From positions 282,129 through 346,128 of the forward strand of contig NMRA01000170.1 in assembly GCA_002633005.1 (NCBI GenBank): DNA of 64,000 bases, read 5' to 3'. The position numbers and the translations under genes were made by a program. The notes under the pieces were generated by a model, which was not told the origin of the DNA, did no database searches, and was given only the letters and a program-made list of their open reading frames with translations. The stretch is from Phoronis australis. Its lineage: Eukaryota > Animalia > Phoronida. Positions within the stretch are counted from its first letter, which is position 1; each line of letters opens with the position of its first letter. Below are positions 53,513 to 64,000 of this stretch, piece after piece.

Positions 53513-55409
53513 ATTGAGCATTGGCAGGTGACCACTCTAGATTTAGTCCGGAAATTGTTGTGTGGGAACTCAACACGTGTTCTCATGCCGACTGTCGACT
53601 CTGCCGTGGCCGCCTCGGCGGGCCGGCACACCGGGGCCATAGGGCCGGGCTGAGGGCGCTATAGCCCCACCACTTTTTTCAGAGCTATGCCCGCCCATGG
53701 TCTGTGGGCGCTGCACCACAGGGAAGCTGGGGGGGCTATAGTCCCCACTTTTTTTGGTTCGCCGCCCAAAACCATGGAACAGATCCCGGTCAACTTTGAC
53801 CCGGCACTCAGTGAATCGGGATCTGGCAGTCATGGCTTAAACTGTTCCCGCACGACGTGATAACAACATGACGAGTTCGGAAATTCACTGCGGAATGTTG
53901 ATTTGCGTGGGCCACGGCAATTCTTGGGGGGTAACTGGACGCAAAAAACACGTTTCTTGAGCGGCACGCCACCTCATAGTAAATTTTCTCACCCTGATCG
54001 ACTATCTATGACCTCGGTCCTCACGAGTCAGTCAATTAAATGTACATGCAACTGTCATCTATGCAAGCGTGTAAAAGTTATTCGTAAGGGTCTAAAAGAC
54101 ACTTTTGTTTGGTAGTTACTAGTATACAGAGGGATGCAGTGAATTGTTGGGAAGGAGTTTCCGTGTTCTGGCTCAAGGATATATGGCATGATATAGGGTA
54201 AAGTGAAAACGTGAATTTTAAAATGTGTCGGTTTTTGACGGTGAAATCGACACATTTCGTTTCTCAACTAAAACCCGCAAAAACTTGTTGATTAAACTAC
54301 GATCACCGACTGGATCGTCACTTTCCCGCAGCAGGACAGCGGGCGCGAACTTCTCCCAGTGTGTCCTCCACCAATCCTTGGGTAATGGATACGTGGGTGC
54401 AGAGCAGCCGATCAGGCCTTGTATGTGCACCGCTTCAGATGCCATACTGGGAGACCACATAAAATATATATGCCGGTCAGCACTTAGTCCGCGGCATCAC
54501 GACCGCCAACCTGCCAGCGCTCCGCCCTCGGCACCGCAGACCCCACAAGCTGCCGGACTTGACAATCCCGTATAGCGCCGTCTGGGGAGTTTTAACACTG
54601 AGATACCCGGGACAGGACTAGGGACTGTATCCCTGCCTGCCGATAGCCTCGCTGTATGCTTACCTGTGTTATATTTTCAAAGCAACGTTTCTGAAACCGA
54701 CACAAATGGCCAATAATCGATACATTTCGTGGGACTTAAGGAATTTTTCAAAGCATAAAACAGTGCATGCAGAACTGATGTAAGCAAAAGAAATTTATTT
54801 TGTTGAATGAAAGCATGTTTAAAAAAGTATGGGTTTTTGCAGAGCAATTGTCACACAGGTTTCAGAACATGAACTTGCGACAAAATATTGCAAGGTATAC
54901 CTCTTCAATCTTGTTGCCCTGACTGTACTGGCAAGTGCTTCTGTAATGCACAAACATCAGTAACATTAACCAGAGAGGAAACACACATCAGAACATGCTT
55001 TGAATAGAGGTCTGAAAAGAACACCATTGTGTTATTTGTGGCTGTTTGAATTGAAAAGTGATTCTTGAACGTGAACAAAAGCAAGTCAATACGCCAAACA
55101 TTTCGTTACATTTGGCACTTAAAGGCACAAGTAGACACAGAGCGCTGCTCTTAACATACTGTAGGAACTAAATTTACAGGTGTTCCCATTCAAGATATGC
55201 TTTAAAGAAATTTCAGTAATCCAGACGTGGCTCCAGTACTTTAATCATTACCCTTTTTTGAAGTTATGAACGATTCCTAAACAAACCTGGCATTTCTTGA
55301 GGAGCTCGCACAGGGCTCAGAAGCTTCAGCATATCTGAAAGCAGAAAGACAGATAAAACTATTTCACATATATAAGATTGCTACTGTCATACACTTACAT
55401 GGCTAAAAA

Positions 55410-55856
55410 AAACACTCCCCCCCATGATCAATATACGCGGCAATGTGATTTGTGATTCGCATGTTTTGAAGAGGTATAACTAGTACCTGGCTGACGTGAG
55501 CAGGATGGCAATACGTGCTGTGGGCTCCCATGTGACTGTTGCACTCTTGTGGGCGTACCTAGTGACTGCGTATCCTCGACTTCTACAGATGAAAACATAA
55601 AGCAAACTCGTATGGTTTGTAACAACAACACTTAAGGTCTGAAGGTTTATGTGATCTACGAAATGCATGATGATTCAGCTACATAGCTGGATAACAAGAC
55701 ACGGTGTTCACATTCTTCCCCCCCCCAATGATTAATATATGCGGCAATGTGATTCGCATATTTTGAAGGTATAACTAGTACCTGGCTGACGTGGGCAGGA
55801 TGGCAATATGTGCTGTTGGCTTCCATGTGACTGTTGTGCTCTTGTGGGCGTACCTG
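55410..55856. repeat. ~145-bp internal direct duplication (about 55415-55560 and 55716-55855), each copy beginning at a minus-strand gtacgc donor
   Basis: Shared text aatat(a/g)cgcggcaatgtgatt...ggtataactagtacctggctgacgtg.gcaggatggcaata...ctcttgtgggcgtacct. Confidence 0.85.
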
Positions 55857-56427
55857 CAGGCTGCGTTATTTGGCGTTTCTTTCTTGGCTGAGTCGACTCA
55901 GTACATGCATGGTGTTCCACTACTAGAAATGTAAACAACATTTTCATGTTATTGGGCACATTACAATAGGAATTCCGATTTGGCTTTACTTTCTTCATGT
56001 ACCCATTTTGTTACTTGGCTCCATGTGGCTAGATGTGATGACTGTAGGTAAATACTGGTATTGTCTGTGGGAAGTAAGGAAAGTATGAATTCGAAATTTC
56101 TTATTGCGATCTAAAACATAAAGTCAATTATTTTATATATGCATACCTATGAATACTCCACTTAAATCATAACAAAAATAAAAACACTGTCAGAAGCAGA
56201 TAATGGGAAGAACTGAAAATTTATAAATATACAAATGTTTAGTTACTTCATTGTTCAGTTAAGTTGGGATGTCAACTGCAGGAAATCCCATATTATGTAC
56301 TTACTGTTAAATGACACAGAGTATTTGAAAAATAAACCCATTTAACTTCAAATTTATTTGTTCAATCGATCTCCATATCTGTGAAGATTGTGACACATGA
56401 ACTGTATTGCTCCGAGTTCTGGCCCAC

Positions 56428-58636
56428 CTGACTTGATGAGGTCCACATGTCGCTCAGGAAAAAGGCATTGCTTCACCGCAAGTACACGACATGTGCTTTT
56501 ACTTCCCGGAGTATGGGCCTTTGTGTACTCTGCTGCTTCACGAAGCAGTTCCGCTTCTTTTCGGATATCTTTTTCCTGGATTTTCCCGGCTCCCAGCTTC
56601 GCAAGGAGGGACACGAGTCCACGTGTCCTTATGGCAAAAGCGTCTTCATAAGTGCTACTGCCTTTGAAATGGTGCTTGATGACAAAGATTACCGATTCAG
56701 TCTGGAAATTCAAACAGTATTTTTGCATGGGAAACTTTGACATTAAGAAGGCAATTGAATTTGATCATTGACTCTGCTGACAGCGACCACTGTTAAACTA
56801 TGTATTGAAGTGAATGACTGTTTGAAATATATACATTTCTTGGCAAACTTTCTACATTAAATTCTGGAGTAGTCCACCAACTCATTGTCAATTTCTTTTG
56901 TTATACAGGTTGAAATTGAGATTTCAAATGTTTTAACATGTTGGTTATTGGATTTCTTGTCCGGTAGTAGGCATAGTAGTAATGTGCAGTGTAATAATAC
57001 AGAAATGTTACATACCTGTGCCGGAGAACAATTTTCCAGCACCATATCAATGTATTTGACAACTAGGGACTCGCAGTCCACATCATTAAGAAGAACCTGA
57101 AAGTTTTTAATGCACGGCACCATGTCTTTTGAGAAGAATGCCTACACTTCCTTTCTACTGATTCCGGCTAGGAATTTGGCGACATTCAACAAATTTACAA
57201 GAAAAAATCATTGTTATGATGATCATTTCTCATAAAACAGTATTGAAAAGTCCTTAAAAATAGTTGTTGAATTTTGCTCAATGTTCAATTAGTGGTGGTA
57301 ATGATATTCACTGTTAGAGTAATCAACGTGTAGTGAAAATGTCCTTCAATTTCCATCATGCATAGAAAGTATTACATACCACTTCTGCACAGAGAAGGTC
57401 AAGCGCATAGGTCTGGCTGAGCCGGTCAGCTACCGAGTCGTCCGGCAGCGCATTCTTCACCTTAGCTGTCAAGTTGCCGAGACGACCGTCCCTTATTTTC
57501 TTTCGCAGCTTGCCCTCCAGCCTCAAAAATGAGGCCACACTGTTACTAGCCTTCTGAAGCTGCACTGTCATAGCATAGAATTCTTGCATAGTCCCGGTGA
57601 TCCTTAGGACACACTGAAGGGTACCAAGACCATCCGAGAGAGCTCTCTCATGCTTTGATAATAGAAGGATGAATGTGATGTTAGAACAGTGATTTATATT
57701 ATAAACTATATAAGAACTCCAAAGGCACAACCAATTTTGTAAGTAAGATCATGCAATTCGCATAAGGAATATGGGCTCGTTAAAACTAGCTTAGACAAAT
57801 CTTAAACCTGGTTAAAACAAGCAAATTCAATGGGAAAAGGTTATTTTGATAAACTCCAGACTGCCTGAGATGACGCAAGTTTAGACAAAAACTCAAGTCA
57901 ATTGTAGCTGTTCATTCAAATGCAAAATCATCGAAGGTTGACATGTCTTTGACTCAGAAAGAACTGAAAGTTGGCTATTTGAATTGGGTCCCTGATTTAA
58001 GTACACAAATGACAGATCTAAATTTGTGCGTCAGAGAAAATTACTGTCTGTGCAAATTTGACACATATAACAAGGAATTTCAACAATTGGTAGTCAATAT
58101 GTACTCTAAGGTGTGTGAATGTCAGATAACTTGTAGCGTAGACACCACTGGAAAGAATCGTTGTATTAAGTATCCAGAGTGAATGCATCTAGAATGTGTG
58201 TAACATACATGTTCAATAAGACGGGGCTTATTAAGATCCGAAGCATAAAAGGTTTACCCATGCTTCGAGAGCAGCCTCACAATAAATGGATTCACGGCCA
58301 GCAAAGGACTCTGAGGTTATGGCTGACAACTGCTTCTTGTTGTCAGCCACTCCTTGGCATTATCATAAACCATCATGGAGCGATTTCTGAGTTGCATTTC
58401 ATCATCCGGGTCATTGTAAACGAACGGCAGAGTTGAGGTTGAAAGGTCTCTGCTCAGCCTTGCAGCTGTCAATGACTGGAAGACTCAGCTCCTCCCCTGC
58501 CAATAGTGAGAGGGCTGCATGCCACTGACGCCGTTGTCTTCCCCGTTCCTGGGGGTCCGAGTGCTACGGTTAACCCGATGGAACTGGTTGTCTTTCTACA
58601 TAGCCGGGGTAAGGAAACTCCCCTTCAAAATTGCAC
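56428..58636 (-). pseudogene. Decayed multi-exon P-loop NTPase (AAA+/helicase-like) gene inside the inverted-repeat element
   Basis: Exon ~58636-58258: IGLTVALGPPGTGKTT (Walker A at 58558-58532), then after frameshifts STSTLPFVYNDPDD (Walker B-like) and LLAVN. Exon 57652-57380: RELSRMVLVPF (Arg-finger-like), then helical sequence to DRLSQTYAL. Exon ~57195-57016 has an in-frame stop and a damaged acceptor. Exon 56701-56428 follows. Donors are GT, acceptors mostly AG, and phases are compatible. Confidence 0.7.
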
Positions 58637-58982
58637 CTGGAAGCAATGAATTCACATTAGTAAATAACCTGTCATCAAGCAAACAACATGGAGCCTCCAT
58701 TGGAGGCGATGGTCATTGCCTACAATCTACATGGCATGATGTGTTGCTCAGACTAGGTGAATATCTTGTTGTAGATCCTACAAATTAAATCCTAATATAT
58801 TGCTGAAATGATAATCATTAGTGTGGATTTTAAAACGAAATGTGTCGATTTCACCCTCAATAATCGACTCATTTTAAAATGCGCGTTTTCACTATACCCT
58901 ATGTCGTGCCACTGTTGCTCCAATGGCCGCAGATCTGGGATTCACCTCTGTGCTAGAAGTGTCTATATTTAGAATAACTGGC

Positions 58983-59034
58983 CACGTGACAGGAACTTTC
59001 CAATCGGCGCCATATTGATGACTACTGGGTAAGT
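58983..59034 (+). promoter_or_regulatory. Candidate promoter / short first exon of the IKK-like gene
   Basis: Within 50 bp: E-box cacgtg (58983), kappaB-like ggaactttcc (58992), ccaat (59000), YY1-like gccatattg (59009), then a consensus donor tgg|gtaagt (59029). Assignment to IKK is inference. Confidence 0.45.
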
Positions 59035-59456
59035 ATGGAAATTTTCTTCATAACCTTGTACCAAATTTAGCTCGTCTGAACTACCCTAAACTGCTGGCTA
59101 GGTCACTGTGCAATACCTATCATCTTTAAACGCACCGTAGTGTTTCACCTGTATGGAAGAGTAAGACAGAGTTGCGAGAGACGGGACTGGGAGACAAGAA
59201 ACCGAAACTGAAACCAAGTGAACAAGTCAAGACCAATTTGTTGTGTCTTTATTGGAGAAAAATGAATACCAATGATCTGTTTACAATAGGTTAGTTTGTT
59301 AATAGGTTTTGCTTCGCAATATTAAATGTTATTTCGTGAAAGTGTTTGGAAAAACCATGAAATGACACCAATTTGTAGAGTGATTAGTTTGCTGTCCAGT
59401 GGCAATACTTGAGAGTAGGCTAATCCGCTAATTAAGCAATTTCATTGACGTAAACA

Positions 59457-62186
59457 TAGGGACGTGACAATTTTTTTTTTCAAAACTTACCATTAATTTT
59501 GATGTTATTAGAAAGCTCTCATCAAGAGCTTTCCAAAAATATCTTTTTTACATTTGTATCTAAAATACTTCCAGAGATATTGCATTGTAATGATCGCTTT
59601 TGAAGCTACTAATTCTCCTATTGTTTTAGCCCAAAACATGACGCATTATATTAGTATTTTTTACAACATATAATCATAACTTCGCCAGTTCTCAACCAAT
59701 TTAAATGAAACTTTTTGTTTGAAAGATAATAATGTTTAGAATCTGGTTTGATAAACACCAAAACAATTCTCGACTGGAATGATTAAATGATTGTAATTAC
59801 GTTAATTAGTAAGAGCAAATTCTCGCAATTCTTTCTCTAGATGTAACACTAATAGGATTCTAAAGCTACGGGAGCTTAATTAAGAGTAACAATACTTAAA
59901 AATACAACTTTTTTGTTAATTATACGCAGAAAATAAGTATTAATTAGTAATCAACTAATTACCAAAACGGACTTGAATAACCATAGTATCTTCTTTATTG
60001 TCAGTACATGAACACTTTCTATAACAAGAGCAATACGGAACTGAAAAGCAAGTCAATGCTCTCCTCAATGTGAGCACACCACCCTTCATCACGATTCTAA
60101 ACGTAGTTTGGAGCAGAGCGATGTAGGCAATGTATGAGACATTGTGTGATACCCAACAAAGCACAGACACTTCAAACACTGATGCACGCAGTAGAAGATG
60201 TGGATGAGTGTCCAATTTTGTAGAATGAGTGTGTTTTGATTTCAAAACACTATTGATGTCAAAAGTAATACAAAATTGACTTACAACTTTAAGAAATAGA
60301 AAAAATATATACATAAATGTCAAACCCATCCGAAAATATGAAGGCGTCATTATCTCTTTCATAGAGCTTATATGCTGAATTTCATGAAGATTCATCAAGG
60401 AACTCGCATGACACCGAGGCAATCGTAAAAATAAAACAAAAAAAAAATAAAAAATTGCCAGTACGGGTCACCACAGTAGTTGAACCTGCCCAGAAATCCG
60501 CGTCAGCAGTAGCCTTCTCGTCATTATGATCATTTCAGAAATTTGGCAAACAGGAAAGCCGATGTCACCAACGTACTCATGTTTTTAAATTGCCAGCAGG
60601 TGGTGCAAAATATGCCATTGTTTGATAAGGAAATAATCAAATAATAACGGTAACGATGAAATATTACCATACTCATTTACACAAAAAAAGTCTTGCAAAA
60701 CAAGACTCGCCAAATTGTAATGGTAACTGGCACACCGGAAGACCCAGGATTGTTTTTAAACTAGTACTTCATCAGCATATTCACAGTGTAACAAAACATA
60801 CCATCCTCAACATAAGTACCCTACCAGCCCAATACGTGTTGTGACACTTTTTCTCAGCAGAAAACTAAATCTTTATTAACAAAATCTGCAACTAATTCAT
60901 ATTTATGTATATCATAGTCCAAAGCAGAGTATTCATCTTCTTCTTCTTGCCAATAACTTATTATGTATTTTTGCTCTTCCAGGTACTGACGAGCTAAGCC
61001 AGGTTTATCAGAAACTAGCGACAACTTTCTTTTCTTTTTTGGTGGCATCCTGAAAATAAAAAAAAAATATTGAAATTTGTGATTCTGAATGTTTATACAC
61101 TGTACCAAGGAAAGTCCTTTTTGCAAATGCAAAAGGTAATTGTACTCCACTGGCTGTGTATTAAAATGAACTAAAAATTGGCTAACAATAATGCACTTCA
61201 TTTCAGCACTGAAAACACTGAAATGTTGTTTTGCAAAAATGACATCTTATATCAGTTATCAAAGAACTTTGTTTCCATCTAATTTTCTTGAGGTGACATG
61301 GTAAAGAAACCACTTTAACCATAAAAATATGTTGAAAACAAAGAACAAAATTTCATATTGAAATTTATCAAGCAAGTTTGAAATAACAAGAACAATGAAA
61401 ATGCATTGATGAAATCATTTCTTCTGTCAATATGAATATAAAGGATTTCAAAAATGTTCACAAAAGGCTAGCTCATCCAGCAATGTGCACTGTTAACATT
61501 CGTCAGTCAGCTGTTCTTTGTTTGGCAGCCGCTGTTCATTTATTTAACAAATAAACCAATCACATTGTCAGAACCATGTCACATGACCTGGGCTCCTGCG
61601 ACAAAAATCAACAAGAATCATTGTATTTAGACCACAAATAACAATTAATATCTCCAAATGTAAATCTAACTTGTACTTGGCGACTTTCAAAACGCAAAAC
61701 AATTGCAGAAAAGGAACAGGTCATGAGAAAAAAGATTCGTTTCAAGACCAAGCAAATTTCCGTTCATCCAACATGGCCGTAACACTACAAATCCGAGTAC
61801 CTTAGTGGGGGATTGAAAAAAACTATGAGGGCATCGATAGATTTTCATAGAAACCGGTATGTAGATTCATAAAGGGTTAAATTTATGCGATGTGATATAT
61901 TCATACAGCAATGTAACTTACCTGAAGAAATGCGATGACTTGACGATGAACAACAACTTTCCTATTCGAGCAGCATGGGAATGAAAACTTGAAAACAACT
62001 TATTTCATGACATATACATTCAGGAATCTGTGTTCTATGTCATTAAAACCTCCGGTTCTTTGTTCCTACAGTTTTACGGAGAGCAAGTGGATTTTCGAGG
62101 GATTGGTTGAAGCAATGGTTAATCAGCGGTGACCGCCATTATCGGAGAACCAATCAGCGATTAGATAAAATTATGTCACGTCCCTA
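59457..62186 (-). mobile_element. 2.7-kb DNA transposon derivative with TAGGG termini and 9-bp TSD (hAT-like or Mutator-like)
   Basis: Perfect 13-bp TIR tagggacgtgaca / tgtcacgtcccta; flanks acgtaaaca (59448-59456) and atgtaaaca (62187-62195). Confidence 0.85.
60854..61048 (-). pseudogene. 5' remnant of the element's gene, starting with an SV40-type NLS (MPPKKKRKL)
   Basis: Strong acceptor t10-attttcag|G ATG at 61049, upstream donor cag|gtaagt at 61921; 64 codons, then stops. Possibly a transposase N-terminus, but no catalytic motif is visible. Confidence 0.5.
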
Positions 62187-63441
62187 ATGTAAACAGGCAA
62201 AAGCATATCCCCATGAAAAAGTTACTTGTTTCAAAATACAGTGATTAACATCGAGTGAAGCATGCATATATGCTCTTTGAATTGTAATTAACACATACCA
62301 TCTTTCCTGAGATAATTAAGTCCGCATAATTTGGACTTATCCATGAAAATCTCAAGGTTCACTCAAGCTTCCCTTGTGGGGTGCCATTTTGAGGAAATTG
62401 CGCGAAATCATGTCAATTCACATATAAGAAGTTCACGGGACACAAATTTTACAAGTTCCTCCGGATATCCTCTCATGCTATTTTTTGCAAATGTCAACTG
62501 TCAGGTCATGTGCTCTGCTCAGTCTCTTGTTGTGGTTTAATTCATGTGATGTCTATTGACCTACATTATGGTTATCACACACCATCAAAAAGTTAACAGC
62601 CTCAAAAATTCTTCGCCAAAGTCATCTTAATTCCTGCACACATAATTTATTGAGGATATGTATAGAACCAGAAAGGATCGCAAGTGAAAGTGCCCTTATA
62701 AGTGATAACTTTAAGTGTAAAATGTATTTTGACGATCGAGGTGAAAATCATCCATTTAAAGTACTCATGGATGAGATTAGTACAGGGACTGATGGGGAGT
62801 GTTATAGCCTCTCGCCAGTCATCTTGGGGCTACGTAATTGAGCTGCATTGAGCTCCGCTTGATCACATATGTGTCAGAGCGAAACTTAAAATACAAGACA
62901 ACTTGACAAGTTCGCTCTAATAATCCTGTTCACCTGGATAAAAATGGCACTGCTGTAAAGGAAATCACTAGTTAATCAATTAATTATAAATTTTAACCAA
63001 CTTTTTTGGCTTTTTCAATTATTTATGATCTTATTCAATCATCAAACAATAATTGATTCACCATTCACATATTCCTCCAATCCTGTGACGCAACTTCTGG
63101 TAAAGGAAAAAATAGGTGGTCGTAGAATCAATAATTATAAAAATTTCTTTAAACTGAACAACAAATTTCACCCGATTGCTGTAGTGAAATATAATGCCAT
63201 GTATGATGTTCTAATACATTATCTATCTTGAGATTTATGCACAATTCCAAGTTCAAGCACAACGTAATAACAGAGATCAAACTGTGTGTAATGTAGTTTG
63301 ACAATTTCTCTCTCCACCTCTGTAGACTTCCAGACGGGACCTGTGTTGAGTGGAAAACTTGCCTGCCTTCCACCTGAACATGAAGGAGAAGATATCGTTC
63401 TGAAGTCTTGGTTATACAAGCCTCAGCCACAACGTGAAGGA

Positions 63442-63564
63442 ATGGCCGTCAATGTAGCTCACAATCCTTTTCTTGCTTCTGGGAAGAAAAAGGCTGGTGA
63501 CTGGGTGAACCAAAAAGTTATAGGAACTGGAGGATTTGGTTCTGTGACTTTATGGAAAAATGAG
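63442..63564 (+). CDS. CHUK/IKBKB: Inhibitor of NF-kappaB kinase alpha/beta-like Ser/Thr kinase, first coding exon (gene continues beyond the window)
   Basis: MAVNVAHNPFLASGKKKAGDWVNQKVIGTGGFGSVTLWKNE|gtatgg resembles IKK-beta [23 protein letters not shown]. Glycine-rich loop GxGGFG; good ATG context (ggaATGg); upstream acceptor ctgtag| at 63326. Confidence 0.8.
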
Positions 63565-63649
63565 GTATGGTATGATGTGTTGTGTTGGCGGTGTTGAGTC
63601 ATTGTTTGACATGGGTTATTACAAGGTCTTCATGATAGAAACTGTTGTA

Positions 63650-64000
63650 CCGTATTTGCCCTAATAAGCGCCCATGCCCCTATAAGCGCCCCCACAGGTT
63701 TTCAGACTTCGCTAAAACAAGCGCCCAGTCCATGACCGCTGTGTACATGCGAAAATTGCCTTACCAACAGTTCTAAAATTCTTCGATAAGGTGTTCAATT
63801 TATCAATAAGATCCGACAGTCCTGAAAAAATCATTGTGCGCAGAATTTGTAGACCACGAGCCTCGCCGCTATGTCGGTATTTAGCCGTGACTATACATTT
63901 CAAACTTCCGCCATGCTTCAAAAAGAATGCAAGCGCGAATCGAAGACTAATAAAAACTTGGCCTTTGATCAGTTAAAAGCACATGGCCAGGAAGCGCGCT
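63650..64000. mobile_element. TA-targeting MITE start (ta|ccgtatttgccctaataagcgccc), in the IKK intron
   Basis: taccgta terminus followed by repeated taagcgccc motifs; same style as 45295-45411; other end not in the window. Confidence 0.6.

Larger units (their letters stand above)
54184..58911. mobile_element. ~4.7-kb element bounded by 79-bp imperfect inverted repeats, unclassified
   Basis: 54184-54262 aligns without gaps to the reverse complement of 58833-58911 at 70/79 positions (counted by hand); no clear TSD. Confidence 0.8.

Noticed and set aside
53570-54030. GC-rich ORFs at 53281-54115
   Set aside because: They overlap repeat sequence (gggctatagcccc-type MITE motifs and the HINE-like element); no recognisable protein motif.
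54119-58958. Outer acagagg / cctctgt match with ctagta / ctagaa flanks as the true termini and TSD of the ATPase element
   Set aside because: Only 7 bp, unequal spacing from the long repeats, and a mismatched flank; could be chance. Needs other copies to test.
59955-60422. 155-aa minus-strand ORF inside the TAGGG element
   Set aside because: Starts within a nested repeat; composition is not protein-like and no transposase motif was seen.

Overview
AT-rich, intron-rich, repeat-laden eukaryotic (animal) genomic DNA, probably a heterozygous invertebrate draft assembly (organism is inference). It has two N-gaps (9990-10215, 47303-47493) and a single N at 45294. Most supplied ORFs are non-coding noise; the real genes are split into exons. 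(1) A plus-strand class IIB phosphatidylinositol transfer protein gene (PITPNC1/RdgB-beta) can be spliced by hand from 9 exons between 24463 and 48570, including an 8-nt microexon. Its first coding exon was not found. Two of its exons occur twice in a 1.6-1.8 kb duplication that looks like two haplotypes assembled in tandem. (2) The first kinase-domain exon of an IKK-alpha/beta-like gene lies at 63442-63564, with a candidate promoter/first exon at about 58980-59028. (3) The most unusual object is a ~4.7 kb element (54184-58911) bounded by 79-bp inverted repeats. It carries a decayed, multi-exon, minus-strand P-loop/AAA+-like ATPase gene (GPPGTGKTT) that none of the listed ORFs reveals, and no recognisable transposase. 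(4) A 2.7 kb TIR element with a 9-bp target duplication, several MITEs, DINE-1/HINE-like elements, LINE 3' ends and tandem repeats make up the rest. No prokaryotic features, rRNA or CRISPR arrays were seen.
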